A stretch of 62,865 nt of DNA, counting the filler, from Choristocarpus tenellus KU-1152 (taxonomy: Eukaryota > Protista > Phaeophyceae): NCBI GenBank assembly GCA_964200185.2. It is 10 parts of 10 records of this genome, joined end to end, with 100 filler letters (N's around TTAATTAATTAA, not from the genome) between each part and the next. Parts side by side here need not be neighbours in the genome. Positions count along the whole stretch, not along the records: positions 17,524 to 30,090 come from CAXNAD020001784.1; positions 30,191 to 32,944 come from CAXNAD020025032.1; positions 33,045 to 35,637 come from CAXNAD020026454.1; positions 35,738 to 41,571 come from CAXNAD020009643.1; 6 more parts are not named here. One strand, given 5' to 3'. The notes beneath the pieces were generated by a model, which saw only the letters and a program-made list of their open reading frames with translations, had not been told where the DNA came from and made no database searches. Of the stretch, positions 25,311 through 38,046 are shown one piece after another. Made by a program: the position numbers and the translations under genes. The number at the start of each line of letters is the position of its first letter. Within the stretch, counting starts at the first letter, position 1.

Positions 25311-27300
25311 AACCTTTTTCCCCAACTCACATAATGGAATACACTCAGCCTCTGGAGCAGACAGTGTAACCGCTTTCAGCTTTCTATACCACCAGTCAAC
25401 ACATCCTCCCCCAAACAACACTACACCACCAGAAACAGACAATCTCTACTCTCCTTGCAGTTAGCATAATCAGCATCTGCATGGGCAATTAGCTGGTCCC
25501 TCGGTCCATTCCCATACAGTCCAAAGTCACCAAAGGTAAATCCAAGCTCTTTAGTACCCAACACGTACTCGATCATTCTCTTACCATTCAGCTAATCAGA
25601 TCAACTTGGATTCTCCACACAAGATGCCAACGCTTGAACTACAGAAGACCCATCAGGCCTAGCCATAATTGCCACCCACTGTATCCTACCAACAATCAAT
25701 CTATAGTAATCTGAAACAGGCTTCTACCCCACTCTCTTTGTGATTGATGGCAGTTCGTAAGTTATTCCAATCCCATCATGTCTTTCTGCCAGGTCTAATA
25801 TGTGTATAAGCTCTGATTCACTACAAGTGTCCCAGCCTTCCTGTTCCTCCTGATCCTGTAGCCCATGAACTTATTCACCTTATCCAAATTCACCACTGGA
25901 ACTTCTGTGTTCAGCCCCTTGATGATATCAACAGTACACCCTGACCCTGATTCCTCAGGCATCAACATGTCGTCCACACAAGCAATCACGATCATAACGA
26001 CCTCATCATCCACCTATCAATCTAAATGAGCACAAATCTGCCTCAGATTGTTCCAATTCTAACTCCAGCAAAGCATTCACCAGCAGAACGCTCCAGTTCT
26101 GATACGCCTGAGATCCACATCTCGAAGTAGCATCTTTCTCACAATTACCCTGCTGTGACATTGGATCTACATCACCAATACCAGAGTCAAATTTTAATCC
26201 AACCCCTCTGTCTCCATATCCAACACCCTTGCACTGTCTGCTACCATAGGACATACCATAATTTTCCCAGAAGTATCTGCCTGGACTCATCCACAGTTTT
26301 GTCAATTGGACCTTGTTCCAGTTCATCAGGTATCAAACCCCCTTCCTCCAAATCTAAATATGGGAAGTTCCAGTGGGGATCAATATATGTTGGGGATAGG
26401 TTAGTAAGAGTGTTGATAACCATATTGTGTGTCTCAGCCCACAATCCTAGTCGATCTCCCAAACCAGCTGGCCAACCCTTTTTTCTGCAATCAGTGTAAT
26501 GGAACATTCTGCTTTCCCACTGACTTCAGAATTTCCAGGCACAGTGTACTAATGCCTTATCTTGTATTCACCCTTCTACTAACCAGTCAAAATATTGCCA
26601 CCCTCCTTGGCATACTTTCGAACAATTATCTCGTGGAAATGTCTTGGTTGGTGATGCATCTGATGGATATCAATACGCATTGAGGGTCTCACTCCCCCAC
26701 TCGGGCTCCATGGGCAATGACATGTGCTGCAGCCCCTTCAAGGTCTGAGTCCCCGCTGGATCAATGGCATTTTCTTCAATCCCTCCTAGATTATGCTCTC
26801 TTGTCTCTACAACACCCTCCTCTGATATTGTATTCACACCCATCGACCTCCCAAGATCAGCATCTACTCTAGTCATCCTTGAGGCAAGCCTCTCCTCCTC
26901 AACAGTCCCCCCTCGGACTTTATGGTACTCTGGAGTATCTCTTTCAACCCCTTCAAGAGTATGCTCTCATGTTGCTACAACATCCTCCTCTGGCCATGTA
27001 GTCTCCTCAGAGGACAGGTCCCCCCCGAGACAATATACCTATTCCAGCCCTTGTGGGAGCAAGTTTGTCTCTTCCTGCCTCCCTCTCAGCTAGAAGTGAT
27101 CCTGACATGACCCTCTCTGACATGTTTGGTACATCAGGTGAATGTCTTGTGTTTTGGACAGGAAGTATCAACAGGTTTCTCCGACTGACTTTTAACTAAG
27201 CAATCCATAGTTCTTCCCAACCTTCTTCACAAATCGCAATCCAGGTCCTCCAGAAGAAGCTGTAAATCACACAGAATTTCCCCCTTTCCAATATAGCTCT
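25310..27300 (-). mobile_element. Second, more decayed Copia pol region (integrase remnant, RT, RNase H)
   Basis: LELEQSEADLCSFR, IACVDDML, KAVTLSAPEAE; paralogous to 22600-23700. Confidence 0.8.
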
Positions 27301-28754
27301 CCTCCTGATTGTTTCCCGACTTGATGTTGACATCTTGAATTGAATGAAATGTTGTTTCTCAAGTAGTTGTCTATGTAGAGCCTTTAATATTTAGTGTAAA
27401 GGGGTGACGCATTTCACTGAAGCACTGATGAGTTCAGAGTGATAAATCTTTTGACATACTCTGCATAGCGGCAGGTTGAATGCTATGATGTGTCATGCTG
27501 TTTTAGTCATTTAAAGTAAATGATAAATGCTCTGTGTGGAGGCGTGTCACTTTGTGAAGAAGGTTGTGGATGTTTTAACTCTACATATATCTCATCCAGT
27601 TGTGTATTGGGTGCACACTTAAAGAGGGTGAATTCGTGGTCTAAAGGGAAAAAAAAAGAAAATATACATCACTGTAATTTCTTCAATGAGCAGAAAAAGA
27701 GGAAACCAGTACTAGTGGCCTAATCAATGGTCAACACTAGTTGGTACTGTGCTGTATCCATCACCTAATAGAAGAGTAGCCTATGTTTTAGCACTTTGCT
27801 TGTGGAGAAGAGAGTAAATTTTACAAACTTTTCACCTAGCCAGGCAGTTCAGTTAGTATGTCCACTGTCGGCATATGGCCATCGGGCAGTCCATGGCCCA
27901 GTCATGTTGAAAACGACCCATGGCCATGGGCTCAGTCATGTGTTGAACTTGGTTGTTCATGGCTGGCAGGCAGCCCCAGTCATGTTGAGTGAGCAATGGC
28001 AATGGACTCAGCCATGTTAGAACATTTTATATATGGTAGGTTAGGTGATTTATTTTACACTCAGGTCGGCCACGTCATGACCATACCTCTTTAATTCACT
28101 CCACTTGAACCTTGTATCCTATACTCCTACTGTACGTACTCTTAAATATAAAATATCATAGTGACATTTTGTATCACTTTCAATATTACTATATTAACTA
28201 TTAAAATTGTGAATTTGATACAAATACATTTTTTGGATGGCTAAGATGATTTATGATCCTTGAGGCAACTTAGCCTTCAATTTGTTCCACATATTTTCAT
28301 TGTTCGCATCAAAAGGCCAAACAAGATGGATGGATGGATGGATGGACTTGTAGAACATGTAGTGGACATTGTCCAGGCATGTCAGAAAAAATTGAACTGG
28401 TTGGCAACCACAGTCTGGACATGCAAGGGAAAAAGTTAGACTGACTGGCTGGTGGACTTGGACCGGTCCAATATCCTGTGGACATGGTTTGGACATGTGA
28501 GAGAATTTTTATCCAGTCCGGGCAGTGGACATGGACCAATTCAATACCTAGGGGGCATGGACCAGACATGTTAAATAATTGTGGGAGTGGTGTGGCTGGT
28601 CGACATGGACTGGTTCTATATCTAGTGAACATGGACTGGGACATGATAAATAATTGTGTAACCGGTCTGGCTGGTGGACAAGACTTTTTAATTTGCTGGC
28701 CCGATGAAAAGTCCTGGAATTTTATCCCAGGGACCAGGGACTCAAAGTAGTGAC

Positions 28755-29480
28755 AAATCACCTATGGCTATATAACTCATAAAAATCATTCCATCGCCAA
28801 CAGTCACTGATGTCTCTACCACAGGTTTTGGATCTATCAAAGCAATAGAATTATTATTTGTCATTGTTTCACAGAATGCTCATTGTCAAAGAACCAAACC
28901 TTGCCCCATTCCTCTAAACTTCCCATCATCTCTTACCAATGAGAATCCCCCAAGTTTTACTGGTGTAGCAGTCACTTGTTACGCTTTCTCCATCTCCAGC
29001 TCCATCAGAGTTATTATTGTCACCTCTCCCCTTTCCTTTCCCGTTTGTCCTCTTTCTTCTAGTGGTTGATCTAGAATGACTCGATCCTTGCCCAGTCACC
29101 CCAATGGCTCCAGCATGCTTAGGCCAGCTATGAGCCTTGTGCCTTGTCACTCCACAAACATAGCAAGCACCTGCTTAAGATCTGGAATGTGAGGAAACAA
29201 CGGAAGGGCAAAAAGACTAAAAGTGGGGTCCTCCATACAGCCAGCACTCCACACACATCTTGATTGCCGATCCTTTCACCCCCCTGAAGTTCTGCCTCTC
29301 ACACATGTTCCACTCAAAATCAGTGCCCCACCATTGCTTCCATCCATCTTTCAAGGAAATTCTGTGTTAGAGAGAGTACGTGCTACGTTACATTCTATAC
29401 TAGCAAGGTATATATCTCTGTTGCTGAGGATAACTGGGCATTTGTAACTGCCGTTTGGAAAAGTTAGCCCATAACACAGC
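28755..29480 (-). mobile_element. Copia gag zinc-knuckle/protease remnant (probable 5' part of the 25310-27300 element)
   Basis: CYVCGVTRHKAHSW (degenerate CX2CX4HX4C); MTNNN...VTVGDG...IGDL; GTTATGGGC PBS-like motif near 29470. Confidence 0.55.
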
Positions 29481-29711
29481 TTTCAGTGCAAAGTTGCATA
29501 AAGCCCCGTTTTTCCTTCCCCTGGAAGACAAGCTTGATTACTTCTTGATATTATCCTTGGTTCGTCTAAATGCCGATTCAGTTGCCACTACTAAGGGTTT
29601 TACTCAGCAAACCAAAGGCAAAGCTTGCTTTTGAGTTGGCACGCCGTAACTTCCATGAACGCATTAAAATCAGAAACATGCCCACCAACAAACGTATTGT
29701 GTTCCCCGTTT

Positions 29712-30090
29712 TATTGTAACCGGTGATGAAGTGCTAGTCCATAGGCATAGGATAGGCTACATGAGAGTGCTGGGTGGTTTGAATCTGGGAGGGTCTGGAT
29801 GAAGGCTGAGCGGCGTACGCTGTTGAAAGCATTCCTTCCGTCTAGATTAATGACCCATTCTCCGCACTCATTCCTCAGACGGATATCCAGGAGTGCACGT
29901 TCAATGCCATTTGGGACCCCGACGCCGAATTGTCCTACTCCCCCAAAACATTCCTCAAGGTAGGGGCGCCAGTCTGTGCAGAAAGCCGAAGCACATGTCC
30001 TCCTAAAAAAAGATCCACAGGCAACTGGGCGACACTTCTCCCCGATAGCGGATAGGCTCGAGTTGGTGTGGAGCGTCCAGAACTCTAGGG
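29712..30090 (-). mobile_element. Non-LTR retrotransposon reverse-transcriptase fragment (CRE/R2-like early clade)
   Basis: Open frame running from the gap: EFWTLHTNSSLSAIGEKCRPVACGSFFRR...GQFGVGVPNGIE...VINLDGRNAFNSVRR. Confidence 0.8.
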
Positions 30091-30190
30091 NNNNNNNNNN
30101 NNNNNNNNNNNNNNNNNNNNNNNNNNNNNNNNNNTTAATTAATTAANNNNNNNNNNNNNNNNNNNNNNNNNNNNNNNNNNNNNNNNNNNN

Positions 30191-30670
30191 GTTGGAGGGA
30201 CTCGCCTGTTGCCACATGTCTCGCATGAATTCCGTGCGCTTTTTGGTGGATGACCTTAGTGTGTCGACGTTGATGTCGTATTTTCTTGCTGTGACGGACA
30301 GAAGGGGCTGGAATGTTGATGTCACACTGTCATCGCCTATTTCAACATCAGGAGCGATGCCGACGAGGATGGATTTATATACCTGGCGGGTGTGCTCGGT
30401 GCTAAGATCTTTCTTTACACCTTCTAGCAATGTCTTGACCTGGAGATCAGTCGTGGACTCACGTTGTTCCTGAGCCAGCACAACTCGCAGCGTGCTCGCC
30501 AATGGTGCAAATCTGCTTTTCTCATCCATCAACCAAGAGACAAGGTCGTTCCAAGTGCGGCCGCTTCCTTCCATCTCTTCTGGACCATCGTGGTTAACAA
30601 AAATGGAGAGGAAGAAGTCCATGATCTGGTCCGTTTTGGATTTCTTCCACAAACGGGTGGCACTGGTCTT
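30191..30670 (-). CDS. Unknown protein fragment, possibly transposon-encoded; runs into the gap
   Basis: About 155 stop-free codons with protein-like composition; no motif recognised. Confidence 0.45.
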
Positions 30671-31371
30671 GGGCAGTCTCTGTAGTCCCCATTTTCTGAG
30701 TGGGATCCAAAGTAGGTTATGATATGAGTTTGGTGGGTTTGTTTCCCTTTGACATTATTGATTGATCCTCATGATGCGAACATACGTAATACTGCATCTT
30801 TCTTCGGGGGAAGAGGCTTGCACAATATTTGGTCACAAAGTGTTCCACGGAATACGGCCCTGTTGGATGACACCCCACTTTGAAAGCATGGAGAAGGGTG
30901 TGTTTGATACATCGAGAACCGAAACCGCCCCGATTAGAATATCCTAAAAAGGTGTGCATCGCATATGCGGTCAATCGCGAGCCACATACAAAAGGTTACG
31001 AAAACGTACGATGAAGCATGTAGGACGAAGTGATTGGGGTTAGTTTGTCGAATGGTAGAATGTGTGTTTTGATCTGAATTTTTTGGGGGAAACAGTTGAC
31101 ACGTGCATGGTTGGTGGGTATCGCCTCTGACACTACTGGCGCATGTATATATACCACAATTGACGTGTACTGTCCAACAGTAAACTAGTGTGTATGATGG
31201 ATTTTGTGGTGGAAGGGATACTGAACGTTTCATGTGATGTCGGTCAACACATATCCCCACATGCATATACCATCGTATGCGCCCCTTTCTCGATAGGGGA
31301 TATGAGATCGCAATTGAGTTTTTTGGTAAGTCGAGGACGATGGTTGGAGGCGTGCGGCTGCAAAGAGGATA

Positions 31372-31800
31372 GTATGTGGACAGCCGCAACTTTTGCCAGA
31401 CTTTGTCGTACGGTAATGTATGGTGAAATTGACTTGAGGCGTATGGCTTGAAAAAAGTGAGTATATGGACCGCTGCAACTTTCGCCACACTTTTTCGTAC
31501 GGTAAAGTACGGCGAAATTGACTTGAGGCGTGTGGCCTGAAAAAAGTGAGTATATGGACCGCTACAACTTTCGCCACACTTTTTCGTACGGTAAAGTACG
31601 GCGAAAATGACTTGAGGTGTGTGGCTTGAAAAAAGTTAGTATATGGACCACCGCAACTTTCGCCACACTTTGTTGTAGGACAAAGTATGGCAAAAATGAC
31701 ATGATTTGTGTGGCTTCAAATAAGTTGGTATGTGGACAGCTGCAATTTTTGCCATACTTTACCGTTCGACAAAGTATAGCAAAAATGACGTGAGGCGAGC
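31372..31800. repeat. Tandem array of about 5 x 89-bp units, each with an internal palindrome
   Basis: GTAT(A/G)TGGAC recurs at 31372, 31461, 31550, 31639 and 31728. Confidence 0.92.
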
Positions 31801-33664
31801 AGATGAAGGAAGGTCGAAACATGACTTGGTATAATTTCATTATCGTGAAAGGGTGAGAGACGGTATCAGGGTTAGGGCACAGGGTTAGGTATGGGACAGG
31901 TGCTAGGGTTGGGATCGGAAACAGAAACTACCAAATGATGATCCGATGCATATTGTAACGCAGATATCGGAGAACACGAACTTCGTCGATAGATTTCGTT
32001 CTGTTCTGGATGGGAGGACATGTGCGTCACTGGTTCGGAACTACGGTGGAACTAGTGAACACCACGTCTCTCTGATTTCGATGCAAATGTGTGATTTCGG
32101 AAGGATATGGTGACCATATGCTTCGCTATGCCTAGTCTTCAAGTGCAAATCCCTCCTTCAGGTAATTACAGAATGCAGAGGCTACATTGGAGTGTGTATC
32201 TCGCTGCGACGGAGGCCTGGTCTTGCCTTTGGGATGTCGTGGGGTCTACCCCTCCGGAGTCCACGAGTTAATTCCCATTCTTAGCGAGATCCTCTAGTGA
32301 CTGGTGGGTCGTCATCGTACATCTGCGGTGCAATGGGTGTGGTCCCCTCGAAGAACTGCAACAACGATTCCTCTATATTGTCCAGACCCATTGGTTTGTT
32401 TTCGACAGAGTAAGGGAGTGTGAGGTTTGTCGTATTTGTGGTTTGGCGAAAGTTTTTTTTGTTATGCACTATAATATAATTCTACAAAACTGCAAATAGA
32501 TGAAAAAAAAGAAGCAAACTCAAAGTTTTGACCCTCTAGCACTAATGAAGAACTAGCGCATGGAGAGTTACATACACATTTATATACACTTTTATGTCTG
32601 TATTTGTTCTAGTTCAATGGCATCGTAGACATGCATAGAAATTTCAAGATATAAGTGAAGAGAGAAAAATTCCCTTTATTAAGTATCCTTTTTTTATTCC
32701 CGACGAAAAGGAACACCCAAACTGGCCTGTTCATAACCACAAAGTATATACTATTATTTAATAGGGGTACAACACTCCATAAAGTTGTTAAAACATAGGC
32801 TACTCATCTGTTTGTTCCTTGATACGACTACAGTTCCACCAGTCAACACTAACTGTTGATTGGTCTGTTACGTTCTGGACGTCCCTTTCACTCCTCCGTC
32901 CTCACCCCACCCCCCCCACTTCGCCCCCCTCACCCCAGCACAGCNNNNNNNNNNNNNNNNNNNNNNNNNNNNNNNNNNNNNNNNNNNNTTAATTAATTAA
33001 NNNNNNNNNNNNNNNNNNNNNNNNNNNNNNNNNNNNNNNNNNNNCCCCCAGATACTTTGGGTCTAATTCTGAGTTTTAATTACTGACTGACACCAAGTCC
33101 CATTTTTTTGCAACAGGGGATAATGATAAATATGTAAAAGCCCTACAGCAACAGGACCTCTGAAGAGTCTTCAAAATCACCTAAAGGTCCTACTGCTGTA
33201 TTCCTTCCCCCCTCTTATGTAGCCTGCAGAGGTGTCAGCCTCCAATAGTCAATCTTGCGTTTGTCCTGCGATATCCGACTCCCCCACCTCCCCCCCGTCC
33301 CTCATTATACTGGCCTTGTGAAAAAACAATAATGGACTTATGGGTTGTATCCAAGCGATACGTGATTGTTTGAATAAGACATTCTTATCAGTTGTGGTAT
33401 ACATCACATCTCTCTGATACACCAAAGCCTTGGGTGGTAAAGTCAGAGAGCCCCATGGTATTTTGCTGTTGTAAATGAAATCGAATATACATTAGCACAA
33501 ATTGGTGAGGTATATACTTGATATGGAGTAAGGTGTTGAGGTCTATGTGCTGACCTAGCCCTTTGAATCTTCTGTTTAACTCAATATTGGGATCCTGTGG
33601 ACTTTGTTGCAGCTACTTCCCCCAAGGCAAGCTCTGTGCTTGATCCGGGCGACATTTGTGCCAG

Positions 33665-35637
33665 ATGAAGTTCCGTTTGAGGATCGAACCTTGCTGATTC
33701 TTGTTGACAGGGATCCAGGAGGAAAGCGTGGCATGGTAAATCAGCAAGAGGTGGGTGACCCGAGAGGATGGATTACTCCAGGGTGCCTAGTAGGGTTGAG
33801 GTTGGGGGTGAGGGCAGCAACATAATTCTTGAAGTAAAGCTGGCTAAGAATCTGATGAAGATAGCATGGCAGGGCCTATCCCTAGATCAGTTGCCTGCAT
33901 TGAGTTCTAGCCCCTACTATATGGTTCATCATGAGATTGGTGAAATATGTACGCTACGTTGATTTCCCCACTGAAAGACTAACCCTTTACTCCAGACAAA
34001 GACTTATTTGATCAAATGCTAACACTGCATAGAAGAACATGAATAGTGTACCTAACCAGGAACTTGTAGCGAGGAGCCTTATGGGGCTGTAATGTAGCTT
34101 GGGAATACCCATTCTAAATAAACTTGTCAAGTGTGTGAGGCAACATGAAATCGATGTGCCTCCCCATCCCCCCTTGTTTTGTGGCAGGTGGTTTCAGCAA
34201 TGCAACGCATTGCAAGCAACCAAAACTTGGACTTGGTGGTTTTCAACGGAGCCAAGGAGGGCGTTTCACAAGCTGTGAAGACCTTCAGTCGGGCAAGCAT
34301 CGTTGTGGGGTCAGTCCGTCACATAATTTCCTACTGTAATGAACGTACCTTTTGATGTAATGTGTGTTGTTGGAAGTGCCTACCTGGTGTCATTGCCAAC
34401 ATTAAAAATCTTCGACTGCCTTCAAACCACGGCATCTTAGCTCTACAGACAGCTAATGTAGCACAAAGCAAGTCAAAGCAGGTGAGCAATGTGTCACTCT
34501 TTCAAGGATGAACTAATTAAATACTGCAGATACAGGCACATGGTAAAGATCACTGCATGGGACTTCAAAGCCATGCTGCATTCAGGAGCAGTATCAAGTG
34601 TAGCTAATTTCCATGATCAAATAACGGCAAAAGCAATGTCAAACGAAGGGATATCCTATTATTTATATCATTGTCAACTGTTGTGTGATTTTGATAGCAA
34701 GGACTAGCAGGGAGGGTGAGATGTAGAAATGGGGAAGTGTTGGGTCTTGACATGTAGGAGCTCCACTAAGAGGAATTGCTTGGGACAATGTTCTGGATCA
34801 CAAATCATTAACACAATCATCATTGGGTGGGCAAAGGAATGCGGACGATAGTCAACAGATAGTGCACTGATGGAACTCAAGTCTGGCTATGATATCTTGC
34901 GTTCTTGTTGGAGTTAGAATCCTGTTGTATAAAGCGGTAAGAACGTGATTTGAATGCTGTAGATCTTACATGGAAGACTAGACAAAACAACACGAGATGT
35001 TATTACTACACACACACCTTAAAATAGCAACCTCCATCCTACGGCACCATAGTGCTAGTCTTAGACAATCTGTATAACTATCTAGAGTGTTATCACTGAT
35101 GTAGGATTTCGAAGAAGGAAAAGAAGAGCATCCTACGTATGAAACAAACAACATCTCATTGTTGGTTGTCGTGGGCCGACTCTGAGAGCTCTCCCGCAGT
35201 ATCCTAGTGTCAAAGTCTACAATGGCCCCTTCATTGGCGTGCTTTGAAGTTGAAGAAGTGTCTCCCTCCCCTGAGTGGAAGACCCGAAGAACTCTATACT
35301 TCTGCGTGGTCAGATTGACTGTTCAATTTGTCGGACCAAGTTTCCTTTCTCCCTCCTTGTCACTAACCACTGTTGCTATCACTTTCTTCTCCTGTACTCA
35401 TCCAAGGTTCACTATTGGCAGTGCATGGATATTTGATCTCGATCGCACACACACATTCATACAACTAACTCACTCATCTCCAAAGGAGAAATATACTTCT
35501 ATACCAACTGAAGTTTTGGGATAAGATCTACAGAATATGTTTTTTGTTGTTGCTCATGCTACCCTTGTCCTTTCATCTCCCTACTGCACCCTTTTTTTTT
35601 CTGTGCACCCCAGAGTTCATGGGGCAGGGCTAGCAAA
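33665..35637 (+). CDS. Glycosyltransferase family 61 (DUF563-type) protein, partial
   Basis: Exons 33665-33750, 34188-34309 and 35614-gap join in phase: LILVDR...RGMVNQQE|VVSAMQR...QAVKTFSRASIVVG|VHGAGLA(N), the GT61 signature. Confidence 0.85.
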
Positions 35638-35737
35638 NNNNNNNNNNNNNNNNNNNNNNNNNNNNNNNNNNNNNNNNNNNNTTAATTAATTAANNNNNNN
35701 NNNNNNNNNNNNNNNNNNNNNNNNNNNNNNNNNNNNN

Positions 35738-35916
35738 GGGGGCTGGGGGGGGGGGGGGGGGGGGGGGGTGTGAGGGGGAGTCCGGTTTGGTCAAAAAACT
35801 CTTTTTTTTGCTGAAATTTCAAATCCGAGACGTGCGACTAAATCACACAAAAAAAGTGAAAATCGAAAAAAGGGTGAAAAACGGACACCGACACCCCCCC
35901 CCAGATACTTTGACCC
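35738..35916. mobile_element. MITE family C copy (family-A termini, different interior)
   Basis: Ends CCCCCCAGATACTTTGACCC; interior matches 62690-62794. Confidence 0.8.
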
Positions 35917-38046
35917 CTTTGTTAGTTTATATTCACCTTGGTCGTGTCACTCCAGACGCTGCACTAACTGCACACCCCAGGTGGTGTAACATAACTGTAT
36001 AAAATATTCGTACATACTCGGAAATAATACCAAGAACGAACGCGCGTTTTTCATCACACTTGACTGACCTCTTGTACTTGAATGACAAATGATGGAAAGG
36101 TATTCAGTGCATTGTATGGGAGGACATAGATCTCTTGTGGGTAGGGTGAAATTCCTTTTTTTGTACTTCCAGTATCAACCAATATCAAGAATATCAAATA
36201 TCAAATATTAAACAAAATATCTAATTTTCGACCTTTCTGATATGATATACTCAGTATGTCAAAAATAATTTCGATATATAATATAAAAACACTGATATTT
36301 GGATTTGAGGCATGTAATGCAACTGAATGTGACGTTTTTGTCCTGTATCATTTCCATTATTACAGAAGGAGCGCCATCTTCGACTTTCTCGCGGGCTTTC
36401 TAGATGCGCGATGATAGGACCTGTAACTACCACCCTAATCAAATCCGACGTCAGTCTCTTCCTCAGGTTTCCTGTCTCGCTAATGTCATCCACTTAACCA
36501 CTGTCATCGATCTCCTCACATTGCCCAGAGTAATTAGTTATCCATCAGTAGCATAACAGGGTTGGTTATTAGCCACTCTCGAGGCAACGTAAACGAGAGG
36601 TTCCCAAGTTTTGGTTATTTTACATTTTAAGTCTGTCAATCTCTTATAATTCATCCATATCTCTATGGATGAAGTTTTAAGTTTGACTTGAGAGCTTTTA
36701 TTTGTTATTTGAAAATCTCCCTAGACAATTAAGAAAATTTCCTATGTTATACACCTTTTTTTTTTTAAAGCACGTATTTGCCCGCAACCTTACAATATAA
36801 CTCTGGTTACCTGTCGTTTAACCCTCTCCTTGCATGTGGTAGGAAGACCAGTGTGTAAACCATTTCTTGAAGGTGACCTGGTCGGACCATGTTTTCTCTG
36901 ACTGAAGGGAACGCATGGAGGCTGCCTGACCCGAAAGCATTTTACTCCTTTCCTCTCGTTCAAATGCCACTCAGGGTCAAATGCGTCTTCTTCTGTGATA
37001 ATGTTTCAACAGTCACAAACCTGCACGTAGCCTATCAGCCTATCAGCTCGTCCTACCAAATGAATGCCTGGGGTCAAACCTGGTCAAGTTCTGTTTCTCT
37101 TTTTCGATAAAATTGATTTTAATGGATCACGAAGCAAACACAACAGGACAATACACCAGTACCTTCTCTTCTGTCACAAGGCCACGAAAAAAAAGAAGGA
37201 AAATCTGAACCTTGGTGGCAGGAATTAATTTTGACAAGGCGAGTATCACACAAGGTGGAGGGAGGAGGCAGAGTGATGAGAGTTTATATGGGTGAATCCA
37301 TCATGTGTGACAAAAGCAAGGCACGGACAGGGCAGTGCATCTAGTTGTATTGTGACCGTTAGTTTGTAGTTATTGAGAAGTAGCGTAGTGTTTAGTGTCT
37401 TTGACTATGGGTCAAGGTAAGGTAGGGTTGAGCTAGGTCCCCAGACTAAAGTGCAGATAGCAATAAAAATAAAGCATTATACAATTGTAATACCCCACCC
37501 TTGGCATGAGATATATATATATATATATATATATAATGTGAGGGTTTCCAGACACATGGTCAAAGGGCAGTCTAAGGAGAAGACTTGAAACTCTTGAAGA
37601 GATACGTAACTGTTACAGGCGCCCCTCAATGCTCGCCTTTCCAGGATGTACAAGCCAAGTCCAATTCACAGATTATCGAACGTCAGCTCAATAGAACAGG
37701 GGTACTCTTAATGGATTCAATCAGTATAAAATGTATATAAAGTTTTGCATCAGTTAAAAGTGCCATGTGTGGGTTTCTCTGTTCGGTCAGAATAACTGAG
37801 CCGTTTTGAGCCGTTTTTAGGAACTCTAATCATCATTTGCGTTTTAGGGGGGTTTTCGGGTTCGTAAATACTGGTATGTATCTCAGAACCCTTTCCGACC
37901 ATTCATTCACGACCCTCTGCGACTACCCGAGTTACAGTTTACTCTGCAACTTTTAGGCAAATCGGAGTTCCCCCTTTTGAGGTTCCCCACGCGTGTATAC
38001 TGCTCGCTCCAGTTAAAGCGCGAGGAGAAATACCCGCGCTATTCGC

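Noticed and set aside
31372-31800. CRISPR-like palindromic repeats
   Set aside because: The sequence between palindromes is also repeated, so this is a tandem array rather than repeat-spacer.
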